A stretch of DNA of 63,991 bases, counting the filler, from Diploschistes diacapsis (lineage: Eukaryota), in the NCBI GenBank assembly GCA_023645945.1. It is 5 parts of 5 records of this genome, joined end to end, with 100 filler letters (N's around TTAATTAATTAA, not from the genome) between each part and the next. Parts side by side here need not be neighbours in the genome. Positions count along the whole stretch, not along the records: positions 25,038 to 56,276 come from JALAIB010000118.1; 4 more parts are not named here. One strand, 5' to 3'. Of the stretch, positions 39,601 through 50,924 are shown piece after piece. Position 1 is the first letter of the stretch. Each line of letters starts with the position of its first letter. The notes under the pieces are model-generated. The model worked only from the letters and a program-made list of their open reading frames with translations, was not told the DNA's origin and ran no database searches. The translations under genes and the position numbers were made by a program.

Positions 39601-39700
39601 TGGCAATTTCCTCAGTCGAGAGAGGCTGCGAATCGCTATCATCAAAGCCTTGAACATCCTCAGGCCCTAGCAGAACGTAGTCTTGATATTCTCCAGCCAT
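33650..39700 (-). pseudogene. Fungal NLR-like NACHT + long ankyrin-repeat gene, heavily fragmented
   Basis: IQNWLSPTNY / SEYYKHLASRHPGTCQWL, Walker A LWIKAIAGSGKSVLA, Walker B ADALDEMD, KVLLTSR, GLFLYA, CGPLLEILEDETVSVIHHS, FLEYAASNWYKH, then many ankyrin repeats (TPLH, TALH, GADP). The sequence is split across more than 12 ORF fragments with no splice signals at most breaks. Confidence 0.88.
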
Positions 39701-40429
39701 CTCTAAGCGCATGAGAACTCAGTGCAAGTGAGCGACGATGTGGTCTCTGCTTTCAAAGGAAAGGAAAGTCACTTTGGGGTCGTCGAACCCGATATTGTGT
39801 GACATGGACTAGAATCTCAAGACATCTCACAAGCAACCAGTCTTTCCAAAAAAGCACTCTCCAACCCTGGACATTTCAGGTGTTCGCTTGATATCACCTA
39901 AGTGGTAGAAAAGGCGCCGGGCAACAAGCCAATGCTATCTAGAATAAAGAGTGACTCACAGCCTAGGAATCCTTCATGTCATTGACGAGCGAAGCCGCCT
40001 TCACACAAGCGAGAGGTGAAAGACAAGACTCCAGTAAAGTATGGAGTAACTTAAAAGACCTAATGATTTGCCATTGGAGTATGACATGTTGATAATGTTA
40101 TTCAAAGTGTACGCGCCGTAGTCGACCACATGATGCTTCCCATCGAAGAGCAAGAATTTCTAGGATCGGGATAAAAGTGAAATTCTGAACGGTGAGCTTC
40201 ACACTGTCAAGTAACAGCGACACTTCTACTTGTATTTCGCCAGCTCGCTCGCGGCAAATCACAAGCATAATACGGATCTGAGGATACTATCCAATCTCCC
40301 GACTTTCTCAACGAAATTCAAAATATTCAAACCATGAACACCATATGAAACTCATCAACCAACAACATTCCGCCAAACTTTCCCTTCAACTACCTCCACA
40401 ACCCCCTAGCACCTCATCCATATAGTAAC

Positions 40430-41212
40430 ATGGCCCCCTCCTCCTCCAACGCTCCAGACGCCCAAATCTCCCAACCAACCGCCCTCGCTTACTGGTCCGG
40501 CGTGCCCCCCACCGTAAATGGCATGCTGGGCGGTTACCCGCACATCTCTCGCACCGATCTGCGCGGCTCGCTACTATTCTTGAACAAGCTCCGCAAGACC
40601 AGCCCCAATTACTCCGTCAGCAAGGACCTGCCCCGCGCCGTCGATTGCGGGGCCGGGATCGGCAGGGTGACGGCGGGGTTTTTGGGGAAGGTTTCCGCGG
40701 TGGTGGACGTTGTGGAGCCGGTGAAGGCTTTTGCGGGGCAGCTTAGGCGGCTGGGCCAGGGTGAGGACGATGATGGGTTTGGGAACGGAGATGGCAACGA
40801 TGGCGGAGACAAGGATGAGGAGAGCGCCAAGATGCGCCTGCATGGAGCATGTAAGCTGGGCCATGTGTATGTCTGTGGCCTGGAAGCTTGGGAGCCGACG
40901 GAGCAGTACGATCTCGTTTGGGTGCAGTGGTGCCTGGGTTATTTGAGGGATGCGCAGGCGGTCGAGTTTCTGCAGCGGTGTAAGGGGAAGTTGAAGTGTG
41001 GCGGATGGATCGTTGTGAAGGAGAACATGTCTACGGACTCGGCGGGGAGGGATGTTTTCGATGCTCAGGATAGCTCAGTGACAAGGACAGATAGGAGTTT
41101 TAGAGGGATATTTGAAGAGGCGGGACTGAAGATTTTGAAGACGGAGGCGCAGAGGGGATTTCCAAGAGAGCTTTATCCGGTAAGAACTTATGCTTTGCAG
41201 CCGAGCGGGTAG
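40430..41212 (+). CDS. TAE1: Alpha-N-terminal protein methyltransferase (NTMT1/Tae1)
   Basis: YWSGVPPTVNGMLGG, AVDCGAGIGRVT, YDLVWVQWCLGYL, IVVKEN, DSSVTRTD and FPRELYPVRTYAL in a single intact ORF. Confidence 0.93.
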   Translation: MAPSSSNAPDAQISQPTALAYWSGVPPTVNGMLGGYPHISRTDLRGSLLFLNKLRKTSPNYSVSKDLPRAVDCGAGIGRVTAGFLGKVSAVVDVVEPVKAFAGQLRRLGQGEDDDGFGNGDGNDGGDKDEESAKMRLHGACKLGHVYVCGLEAWEPTEQYDLVWVQWCLGYLRDAQAVEFLQRCKGKLKCGGWIVVKENMSTDSAGRDVFDAQDSSVTRTDRSFRGIFEEAGLKILKTEAQRGFPRELYPVRTYALQPSG

Positions 41213-41494
41213 AGATGCGATCAAATAGAAAAGAATTGTAGATATTGGACGCAAGACACGAAAGTTCTTATGATGATAACACCTTTCACTTTAGCTAGAC
41301 TCTCCATTTGCCATTGGTATAACGATGCTAATTGCTCACACAGCGACTAAACTGTCGCTTGCTGCTACAAATCCCTGAATGTCGAAATTGACTATCCACA
41401 AGAAGTCAAAGGCAACGGATGGGGTATCTAGCTAATAACGCGAACCTCCTAAGCGCCTTTCCCATGTACGAAAGCGACAAAAGTTCAGAGCCCT

Positions 41495-42651
41495 TTAAGT
41501 GTCTGTACCAATCGATTCCAGAGTGACTGGGTCAATTTCTGCAAGCTCGCAAATAAAGTCCCACTCCATCTTCTTCACCTTCGACACACTGAGTCTCGAC
41601 ATCTTGAGAACTTGCATAGTCTCAAGAACGCCGCCCTTGGCTGCATACTTCTGGAGTTCTTTGAGCTTGACGAGCTCGTCGAATTTCTTGCGGAAGTCAA
41701 CATGGACTACAACCCACTTCGGGTTGTTACGGTCAGCCTTAGGGTCGTAATAAGGGTGGGCTTCGTCGAACGCCGATTCTAAATCATATTAGATTGGACC
41801 CTCCATGTCACGAGATGCTATCCGATCCTCACCGTCTGGCGAATGTTCTTGCACGATCTCCATGACGCCAACGACTCCGGGAGTCTTGCAATTGGAATGA
41901 TAGAAGAAAGCAAGGTCACCTTTACGCATGGCACGTAGGTTGTTGCGGGCTGTTGGCCATGTCAGTAGAGTCGTGTGATGCATTAATTGGATCAACATAC
42001 CCGAAGGGTTCCTAACTCCTGTATTGATTGAGTCAGTTACTAATAACAAGAAACGAAAATGTGTCCAGGGGACTCGCCATCCCAAGCTTCTGGTTCTGTC
42101 TTCTCCTTGAGGTCGTCGATCGAGAACTTGACATCAACGCCCTTCTCTAGTCTAGATTCAGGTTCGGCTTTCATGAGCCAATACGAACGGCCATTATCTC
42201 CCTCCTCGTCTTCGGCAGCTTGATCAGCCGCAACCTTTGCCTCTACCTTGGCTCTTTCATGCAGAGCATCTACCTCGGAGTTGTCGACTGCAACAGTGAA
42301 GCTTCCATTTCCCTTATCGTTAGCTCTGCCCTTTGCGGCTGTTTTCCCCTTTGCAGTAGTAGCCTTTTTCGCCTGAGCCTTGGCAGTGCCCTTCGTACTA
42401 CTTTTTCTCGTCCCATTGGCATTGCCGTTTGCCGTAGCTGCTGACTCAGTATGGTCTTTAGCTCTACCACGAGTGTTTTGGCCTATAGGTTTCTCGGATT
42501 CATGTTTCTTAGCAGTGGCTGAGCGTGTGGTCATTGTATTAGCCGGGCCAGGATTGGCGTCACCCATTTTGCCGGCAGCTGGGCGAGCCCTTTTGGATGC
42601 GGCCGTGACCACGGTCCCTGCCTCTAGAGCGTCGCGCTTTTTGGGCGGCAT
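41495..42651 (-). CDS. EVE-domain (THYN1/Thy28-like) protein with a long basic N-terminus, 4 exons
   Basis: YWLMKAEPESR..KFSIDDL..EAWDGVRNPSARNNLRAM..GDLAFFYHSNCK, HPYYDPK..NPKW and SRLSVSKV..EWDFI. Introns are 42019-42077 (GC-AG), 41950-42000 and 41779-41832. Confidence 0.9.
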
Positions 42652-43204
42652 TTTTTGAATTTGCGTAGTGTGAAGGAAGAAATTTTCGAACTGCGTGAGC
42701 GAGTTCGAGGATATTCTTTGCACTAAGAGAGTCCCTCTAAAATTCAATAAAGTGCTCTAACCAAAAGTGATGGATTGATGAAAGGCTACAGGTAAGGAAT
42801 GTGTTGTTGTGCTGTTCATAGACGTTTGAAAATGTGTGAGAAAAGAAATCAACAATTAATAAAGCTTAATACAGGGAAGGAGTAGCTGGAGAATTAGTCC
42901 ATAGTATACCCGGAAGGACTATGATACCACCAGATTATCTATCACATGACCGTTTACAGAAAATGCAACGTACCAATAGTGATGGATAAACATTGCTTCA
43001 AAGTAACAAGGTGAAGGTTGTCCCAGTTGAAGCATATTGTAATACCGTTTACGGGATGATGTCAACAACCGCAAAGAGAAATTGTCTTATTTCATTGGTA
43101 CAAACTGCAAGATTTTTTGCGTTCCTCGACCATAACCCATAGCCCGGTTGCATTCGCCGTGTAAATGCTCAAGCCCACAATGCGCCTATTCTATTCCAGG
43201 TCAA

Positions 43205-46200
43205 CTACGGACTCGGCGAATCATCATAACGAGGCCCATCATCATCATCTCCTCCCCAAGCAGGAGTCTCCGGATTCCCACCATATGGCGTCGGAGCAGC
43301 TGCTGCCGGTGTAGGAGCGTCCATTGCGCCATAGCCTGAAAATTTTGGTGTGGGCGCGGACGCGGCAGGGGTAGGCGCAGAGTAAGGATTTGAGGGTGTT
43401 GATGCAGGTGGAGCGCCGGGTGTTGGGGCGTCGTGAGGACGGCTCCACGGATCTGGATTAGAGTTGTGGAAGCTGCTCCCTGTGTATGCGGGAGTCCGCG
43501 AGGATTCGTATGCTGGGGTCTTCCCTCCGCTACCGAATCCATCGGAAACTGTATTTGAGCCGTACGATGTTCGAGATCCTGATTCCCAGGCAGGTGTTCG
43601 CTACATTGTCTGTTAGTAGAATCAGCACGGCCGTGCAGTGGTGACTTACGCCTCCAATCCCGCCATAACTTGTCCTACCACCATCACCGCCCGAGCCCCA
43701 CGCAGGCGTCCTGCCTCCGTTCATGCCAGAATCACGACTGTAAGCTGGGGTCCTCGATGGCATTGCTGAGCCACCCCATCCACCACCACCGCCCCCTCCT
43801 CCGCCACTACCCCAGGCAGGGGTCCGTGATGCGCCCCAAGCAGGCGTCCTACCTCCATTAGCTGCGGTAATCTGAGGTGTTCTGCTGCCTCCGAAGTCAT
43901 TGTTAGGTCGAGCAGGTGTGACACCCCCGTAACCAGAGCGAATCCCTCCACCCCGCCCTTTCTCTGCAAATTCGGCATAGGGGATCGAGTTTCCAGTAAT
44001 GGGATCTTGGATGCCTAGAATGTCCTTTTGAAGCGATATGGTTTTGTTCTTAGTATGAAGCTCGATCCTTGCCTCGGTGTCTGTTGTGTCCTTGACGATA
44101 CCTAAAAGGCCTTTGTAGGGTCCCTTCCGTATCTTTACAGTCTGCCCAAGAATACGGTCTCTGCCAAACGACTTGGGCGGGGCCATCCCCCCATTTGGGG
44201 CTCCATTCCTCTGCAGCGCTGGGTTCATTTTGTTGAGATCTGGGCCTGTGTTTGCCTGCTGAGTAAGTCTGCCGCCTTTGGCAGCGACAGTGGCAACATT
44301 CGACGCTCGAACAACGAAGATACCGGAGTTCTCCGTTTGTTCTCGATTCAGCAGGAACAGATAAGAGCGATGAATATGAACAATAGTGCCGGTTTTACTC
44401 TCACCACCTATCTCACGTACAGTATCGTCGTGTCGAATCTCCGAGCCATTGCGATCAGTTGCAACGGCATTTCTCCGTTTTTCGATCTTGTTGGTGATTT
44501 GGGAGGGCATGACGGTTTTCACCGACGCGTTTTGATCTAGGACGCGTAAAGACTCCCGATCCACTTTGATCACACAACCAACGGTAGAGGGACTATGTTA
44601 CGTCAGGATGTCAAACTCTTCGCAACAGCACAAACTTACTCGAGTTGTACCAAATCATGGATATCATATCGACCCAAGCCGCCCGCCACGCCAGAATCGT
44701 CAGCAACCCTCAAGTCTTTGCTGAAAACCGTTATTTCCTGCATACTCAGATCGCTGACGATTGTGACTTGGTCGTTCTTGACCCGGACAACCAGACCGAC
44801 TTCGTCTCTGAAGCGGCTGCCACCTATAACCTTGACATGGTCACCCTCGTTGAAGCGTTTCTGAAGACCCTTGATTGGGATTTCGATTCTCTGGCCCTTG
44901 AGCTCCCCTTCAGCGACGCTTATAGTCACAATGTCGCCTCGAACTGCGACAGCTTTACCGAAGACGCCTTGCTGTTCACCGTCAAATACTTCTACCATGT
45001 CGCCAGGTAGGTAATTATCCCCAGTAGTGTTTGATTTCAAGCTTGCAGCAAGGGCGGTAAGATCAAGATTCTCGTTACCATCTTCGCCAGCTGCTGTGAA
45101 TTTCGTGACTTCCTCTAGTGTTGGGTTGACGTCTTCGGTCTGTAGGTGGTTGATCCTGAATTCTTTGATCAAATAACCATTTCTATAGATGTCGCCAAAG
45201 AATTGAAAGTGCTTTCGACTCGACAGATTGGACATGGTAACTAAATTCCTTGCATGCTTCTTCCTCGCCTCCGCTTCGCTGAAAAGGCGCTGTGGCGGCC
45301 GATTCTTGATATTAAACCCGATAACCCGCTTGCGCTTCTCACCTTGCCCATCAACTGGCGCATTGGGATCATCTGTAAGACCGTAATCTAACCTGGGAAC
45401 AATCCTGAGTGTAACCTCCAACCCATTTGTTTCGACTTCTTCAATTTGCGCAAGATCGCCTTGGTATTTTCCACGCCGAAGGCGAACGTAGCCACCTGGC
45501 TGTAAGGACTCAGTCTTACGTACGCGTAGTAGATCTGGCATTTCTTTTATGGGTACAAGGACGATCTTGGTCCTAGGATAAACGTTCATGATGCCGTCCA
45601 GTGCAGGTATGATGTCCGCCTGCCGTCGGGTCTCGATATAGACGTATCCCGTCATTGTACCCCCTCTTTCTAAGGCGGAAATGATTGGCATGGGATTTCT
45701 CGAAAAGCGCCTCTCCTCCACTCTTTTCATAATGGACATGACAACTTCTCTTTCTTTTCCAGGTTTGCAACGGGCGCCCCAAATACTTGGATCATCGACA
45801 CTAGGCAACAGGAGCCGCCTCGGTACCAGCGTAGCATCTGAAGCCGCTACACGAGACCGGCCATAGCGTTCTTTGAGCAGCGCTGCCTGCTTCTCGGCGT
45901 CCATCTGCAGCTCATGCTCTCTCTTGCGATCCAATTCTCGATGTCTCCGATCATCAGTCTCCGCACCTGCTGGCAGATCACCCAGATCATCTGGATGATC
46001 CTCCGCAATAAAGCCAGCGCCCTCAGCCTCATCGTCCTCATCACCCTCCTCATCTTCTTCGTCCACTTCAGCTTCAATATCAATGAACTGATTGCGCTGA
46101 TCGCGACGGGCTCGTTTGCGCGGTCGACCCTACTTATGGTAAGCGACAATTCAAAATAACCATTTGTGCAGCATACCGAAACTTCATCTTCTTCGTCCTC

Positions 46201-46467
46201 ATCTTCATCATCTTCCTCATCGGCTTCGTTCTGTCCCTCTTGTTCCTCCTCGCCAAGTTCAGCATCCGCATTCAGCTCCTCGTCTTCCTCGTTGTCGTCG
46301 TCGTTCTCAGTTGGCCGAGCGGCAGGCGAGGGTCGCTTCGAGGTCTTTTGCTTCGGTTGGCTCAGTCTCCGTTCCTTTACACCTTCTTCATCTGACTCGA
46401 CATGCTGAGCAGGGTTAAAGTCTCCTTCGGATTCGGACCCGAAGTCGATGTCGTTCAAAGTCGACAT
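43205..46467 (-). CDS. SPT5: Transcription elongation factor Spt5, 4 exons
   Basis: Acidic N-terminus, NGN domain ([20 protein letters not shown]), KOW motifs ([17 protein letters not shown]) and C-terminal GGRTPAW repeats. Introns are 46130-46176, 44593-44639 and 43601-43649. Confidence 0.96.
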
Positions 46468-47252
46468 GGCTGATAAATATGTAGGCTAAGGTAACAGACA
46501 CCGGTATGATCATGGATAGGGAGCGACTCTATGATAGCAAAGTCAGAAAGTTCATTCTCTTTATCCCTGAGCTGCTCACATTCAGTTTGTCTAGCAGAGG
46601 AGAAATGGTTATTCCGTATAGAAAGTCCGTCTAAGCCATATCAGGACTAGCATCATCTTGGATACAACATTTTCCCACCTTATCGAAACATAGAACAAAC
46701 CAGGGGTTGTTATGTTCCTCTGAACATCGCTATATCCGTTTCTTCACAATCTTTGGGCATTTACTTACACTTAAAGAACTTAATAATGTCTTCATTCACT
46801 CAATATCGTGTGTCTCGTGGGAAGCAAGGTATGGATAAATTTGTGGCACTATAATCCACGGACTTGCCGACACACAAGAAGATGCCGCTTCCTTTGAACG
46901 ACGTAAGCAGGCAAAGCTTTTGGTGTCCGTGCAAATCGCAAGTTTGCAACGGTCTTGCTGTGTCCGTTGCAAGTTCTGTGCTTTTACGATGAATAACAAG
47001 GCTTAAGTTGTGGCCTCATGAGGAAAAGCTGTCCATTTGTTTGGGTGCGGCCGCGGCCGGGCGAAGCCTGTTGCATACAACGGCGGAGCAACACAGCCCT
47101 TACTGTTTGTACCTCCCACATGAAGATCTTTTGACTATACATATTTTAGCTTGCTGCAAGTGACCTTACGATTTGGTTTCATTTCTTCAAAGTTCCTTCC
47201 TCTTATCTGAACGTTCCTCCCCTGCATCGATTATATTTGGGCTTCTTCCCAC

Positions 47253-48083
47253 ATGAATTTCTCTCAAACTCTCGAAAGCTCTGGCAGCACTCGACCCGCA
47301 ATGTCACAAAAACTCAACTCACAATTCTCTGTCAATGGCGTGGGAATTACTACTGATCCTTATCCACGTTCAATAAGATCATTGGAACCGGCTAAGCAAG
47401 AAACATCTGTCTTCGTGGGTGCCAGGTCTGGCTGGTACACTCGACCTGCAGCTCAACCAATGAACCGCGCTGCTGCTCGCTCGCGGAGCCCCATATCTGC
47501 AGATAGGCAGCAACTTGTTACACGCTCGCGAACCCCCCCAAAGCCAGCTCATGTATCACGATATCACTATATTCCTCGCGAACACCACTCCCCTCCTAAA
47601 CTCACCCTCAACATTCCGCCATTAAACCGACCCTTGCCGCAGCCCTGCCAGCTATCACCGTCGCATGATGCTCAAGACCTTCCAAGAGCAGGCGGTGACT
47701 CCTCCGAGGACCGACGGCCCGGTATAGGACCAGCCGCTCAGCAGAGCAGCGGCCTACTTCCCAGGAACAGACCAGGTGGACAATATACCGCTCTTGCGCC
47801 GCTGATGCCGAAGCCACTTGCCGTCCGTAGGCAACCAGCACAGAAACCTAGAGAACACGTTCCAAGCATGGTGGAGTACCTGAGTCTTGAGCAACTTGAA
47901 AGTCTATGGCAATCTCAAGACATGTATGTTGGGACGGTCATTGCGCCCCAGAAGCTTGCGAGTCCAGTCATGTTGAGGATTGTGGAGCCGCCAATATCGC
48001 CTATTATGTCTGTTCATCCAGCCTTTCGAGACGATCCACAAAACGACCCCAACTACAACCGGCCAGCTCAAGCTTGTGTGTGA
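47253..48083 (+). CDS. Hypothetical Pro/Ser/Arg-rich protein (276 aa)
   Basis: Single uninterrupted ORF after a pyrimidine-rich leader, divergent from SPT5. It is mostly low complexity, with one ordered-looking block (PSMVEYLSLEQLESLWQSQDMYVG). Confidence 0.6.
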   Translation: MNFSQTLESSGSTRPAMSQKLNSQFSVNGVGITTDPYPRSIRSLEPAKQETSVFVGARSGWYTRPAAQPMNRAAARSRSPISADRQQLVTRSRTPPKPAHVSRYHYIPREHHSPPKLTLNIPPLNRPLPQPCQLSPSHDAQDLPRAGGDSSEDRRPGIGPAAQQSSGLLPRNRPGGQYTALAPLMPKPLAVRRQPAQKPREHVPSMVEYLSLEQLESLWQSQDMYVGTVIAPQKLASPVMLRIVEPPISPIMSVHPAFRDDPQNDPNYNRPAQACV

Positions 48084-49577
48084 ATAGAATTTAACGACTC
48101 GCAATCTTTTCGTATTAACAAACGAATACCCCTTTCGGCGATTTACTATAACAGCGAAGGAGTTTAGGATAGTATTTCCATCTTCATACAAGAGCCTTGC
48201 GATGTAACCATAATGCCATACCCACTGTCTTTCCACTTTCATTCCAATCTTGAATTTGCATCTGATAGTATCCCCGCCTCCAAATTATGGCTTACGGTGT
48301 CCATGGTGTGGTCAACAATGCCGACACAAATCAATACGGCTAAAAAAAGCTACCGAAGTCTTAGAGTATCACAGATCGCCCGCTTCGAGCGTCTCCCCAC
48401 AGGGTTCATATAGATACCCGCATCATCGGCAATCGGCACCATGCAGCCAGCATAGGCGACCTTCCCGCACGTTATGTGGCGTCCGAAACGAGACCCTACA
48501 TCGAGTGTCAAGATGAATCGAAAGACGCACGAACCAAGAGAAGTAACCCATGCATCTCACGCCTCTATGCCAGAAAACAACTTGCGCAATCTACCATCGC
48601 GCCAAAAATCCGCATCCCTATCCCTCACTTCGTGACCATACATCAAACATAGCACTTCCGTAGACCCTTTCATATTTCCTGAAACACGCATGCTGCCCCC
48701 ATGCGATCCTCAAGAAAAGCACACGCACAGAACCTGGGGCTCTGCTACAGCCCAGTCGCAAGGTCCGAGAGTTCAACCTGGGAGGCTGAAAACCAACGTC
48801 GTTGCGCTTACTACATTCACTGGTAACCCCGGTGCGCCTCAGAAGCTATCGGGCTAGTTTAGTGGCCGTGGGGGGGTTGCAACGCTGCAACGGCTGCACA
48901 GGGCAAACATTTGGGGGAGAGTTGTATTTCTTGTTAGGGGCCGAGGGCCGGGATTTGGGTGGCCCACTTTCTAGTTACGGATGGGTTTTGGCAGCTGAAG
49001 GATTACTATTTTGTAAGGGCGTTCCCGATTAGGATGTCAGAAGTGCTGGAACGTCCCGGCTTTTTGCCCCGTTAGAGCCTGGGATTGGGGGTTTTTTGCT
49101 TGCTGCGACATGGAAGTGCCCATGCGCATGTGAGTTCGATAGAGTTATGGATAGAGTTATGGCGTTGAAGGCTTCCAGAGATTATAATGGAGATATTGTA
49201 AAGGGATGGCGCATTTTCTAAATTCTGGAACTAGGATCATTCTTGGGCACCTAACTAGTGATCAAGGATACTGCTTAATAGGGGTTATGATATAACTGGA
49301 TTTAGGATTCAGGATTCAGAAAACTGAAAACAATGTCGTATTCTGGTTCAATATATGGCCTATGCATGCGGCTATGCTAACAATGGGTATTAAGACTGAT
49401 AATCGTAATCGTAAACTTGAACAGTGCTGCCCAAAATGTAGGATACCGATGAATCAAAATCAAAAGAGGCATCAAGCATATCTGATCTTTTGATCTCTGG
49501 AGGATATCTGATGATGTTGCGTCCGGAGCCCTTCCCAATGCATGGTCCATCTCACGATAATGCGTCTAAGGGGCGCT

Positions 49578-50924
49578 TCAATCCTTGCACACTGCTCTGA
49601 CTGCCCTTTGCGAAGACTGGCGCGACTTTGACTTCCGTAGCTGCTGTTGCTCTTGAGCATATGGCCGGAGAGTTGTGAGTAATCTTCTAATCCATACCAG
49701 GCGAGTGCTGCAAGCCCATTCGTTTATGTTTCGCAGGATTGTGTGAAGCTCCTTAACATGTTCGGATTCCCTTAAGTTGAGAGTGCGCACAGGTGCACTC
49801 CTGTAATTTAGTCTCATCTCATCGCCAGATTGAATGTACCAATGGACCCAAAAGACAGCGGTGGTGTAATCCATAGTACAAGAAAAGACGAGTGTATCTG
49901 TCACTTCTGATTCCGAAAGTGAGCGCTTGGTGATATTAAAAAGCTGTTCCATGGACTTGAGGCAATGTGCGCCAAATCCAGCACACTGATTTTCTGCAAC
50001 CCATAATGTACCACCTTGCGATGGGGCTTCGAATTCCACTGCGAAAAAAGGGAAGTAGTTTTCTTTGCTTGGAAAGATGAATGGGAAGAGTGTTTTGCAT
50101 TGCAAGATATTCTCGTATTCGAAGCCCATAATCTCTTCGGCATATCCGTAGGTGCGGTCACAATATGGTCTAGCCATTGCCTGGACACATCCTTTTCGAT
50201 GTGGCACACCCTTTTGGCCGAAGACTTTGACACCGTTCACCACACCATTTTGGCGCATCCGAGCGGAAAAGCACTTGATTAATGACTCAACAGCATCATC
50301 CTCAGGCTTGTCTGCAATTTCGTCCAAAGACTGCTGAAAAGCTTTGACGTCTTCATCGCTGAGACCCGATGTTTGGCATCCCTTCGAGGCAGTCTCCAGG
50401 ATATCACGAGCACGTTCCATGACCTCTGTTGCCGCACCAAAGCCAAAGTTCAATATCTTAACTCCGTGCTTTTTCAACACCTCTCGATATTGAGGTTGTC
50501 GAACTGCATCACGATCGGGGGTGCCATCCACATCTTCAGCTGCCGAGCCAACCCCCGAGTCCGTTGGCGCCTCGGAGGTTGTCCTTGAAGGGGCCGTTGC
50601 AGGTGGGGGCATGTTACCCTGCTGGCCAAATAAGCTGTCTGATGGGCCAGGATTTGCCATGTCAAGAATAAGGCAAGAATCATGTCCTGGGTGTATCTTG
50701 TGGTAGGAGTCGTCACTCTCCGGCTCCAAACCCTCCAACCACTGTTCTATAGAGCTTGAAGGAGGGGATATGTATGTTTGGATTGTCTCGACTCGTGGTA
50801 TCGTACCCAGCTTCTTGTAGGTTAGCCCTTGGATGCTAGTCGAATACAGTGGATCGTAGAGCTCGCTCACTTTGCGCTTTGGAGGCCTTGCTGGTAGGGA
50901 GCCCTGTATTTCGAATGCTGACAT
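49578..50924 (-). CDS. Hypothetical protein with a PD-(D/E)XK-like nuclease fold (fungal DUF7924-like family)
   Basis: 448-aa ORF with PYCDRTYGY, YFPFFAVEFEAPSQGGTLWVAENQCAG, LVFSCTMD..AVFWVHW and ILRNINEWACSTRL, resembling a widespread fungal family. The assignment is from memory of the motif. Confidence 0.6.
   Translation of the reverse strand: MSAFEIQGSLPARPPKRKVSELYDPLYSTSIQGLTYKKLGTIPRVETIQTYISPPSSSIEQWLEGLEPESDDSYHKIHPGHDSCLILDMANPGPSDSLFGQQGNMPPPATAPSRTTSEAPTDSGVGSAAEDVDGTPDRDAVRQPQYREVLKKHGVKILNFGFGAATEVMERARDILETASKGCQTSGLSDEDVKAFQQSLDEIADKPEDDAVESLIKCFSARMRQNGVVNGVKVFGQKGVPHRKGCVQAMARPYCDRTYGYAEEIMGFEYENILQCKTLFPFIFPSKENYFPFFAVEFEAPSQGGTLWVAENQCAGFGAHCLKSMEQLFNITKRSLSESEVTDTLVFSCTMDYTTAVFWVHWYIQSGDEMRLNYRSAPVRTLNLRESEHVKELHTILRNINEWACSTRLVWIRRLLTTLRPYAQEQQQLRKSKSRQSSQRAVRAVCKD

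Noticed and set aside
43205..43930. GGRTPAW / APTP peptide repeats
   Set aside because: This is the well-known Spt5 C-terminal repeat region, not novel.
48500..49150. Possible structured RNA or tRNA in the GC-rich intergenic stretch
   Set aside because: No A/B box cloverleaf or sn/snoRNA box arrangement could be identified by eye. An Infernal/Rfam scan would settle it.
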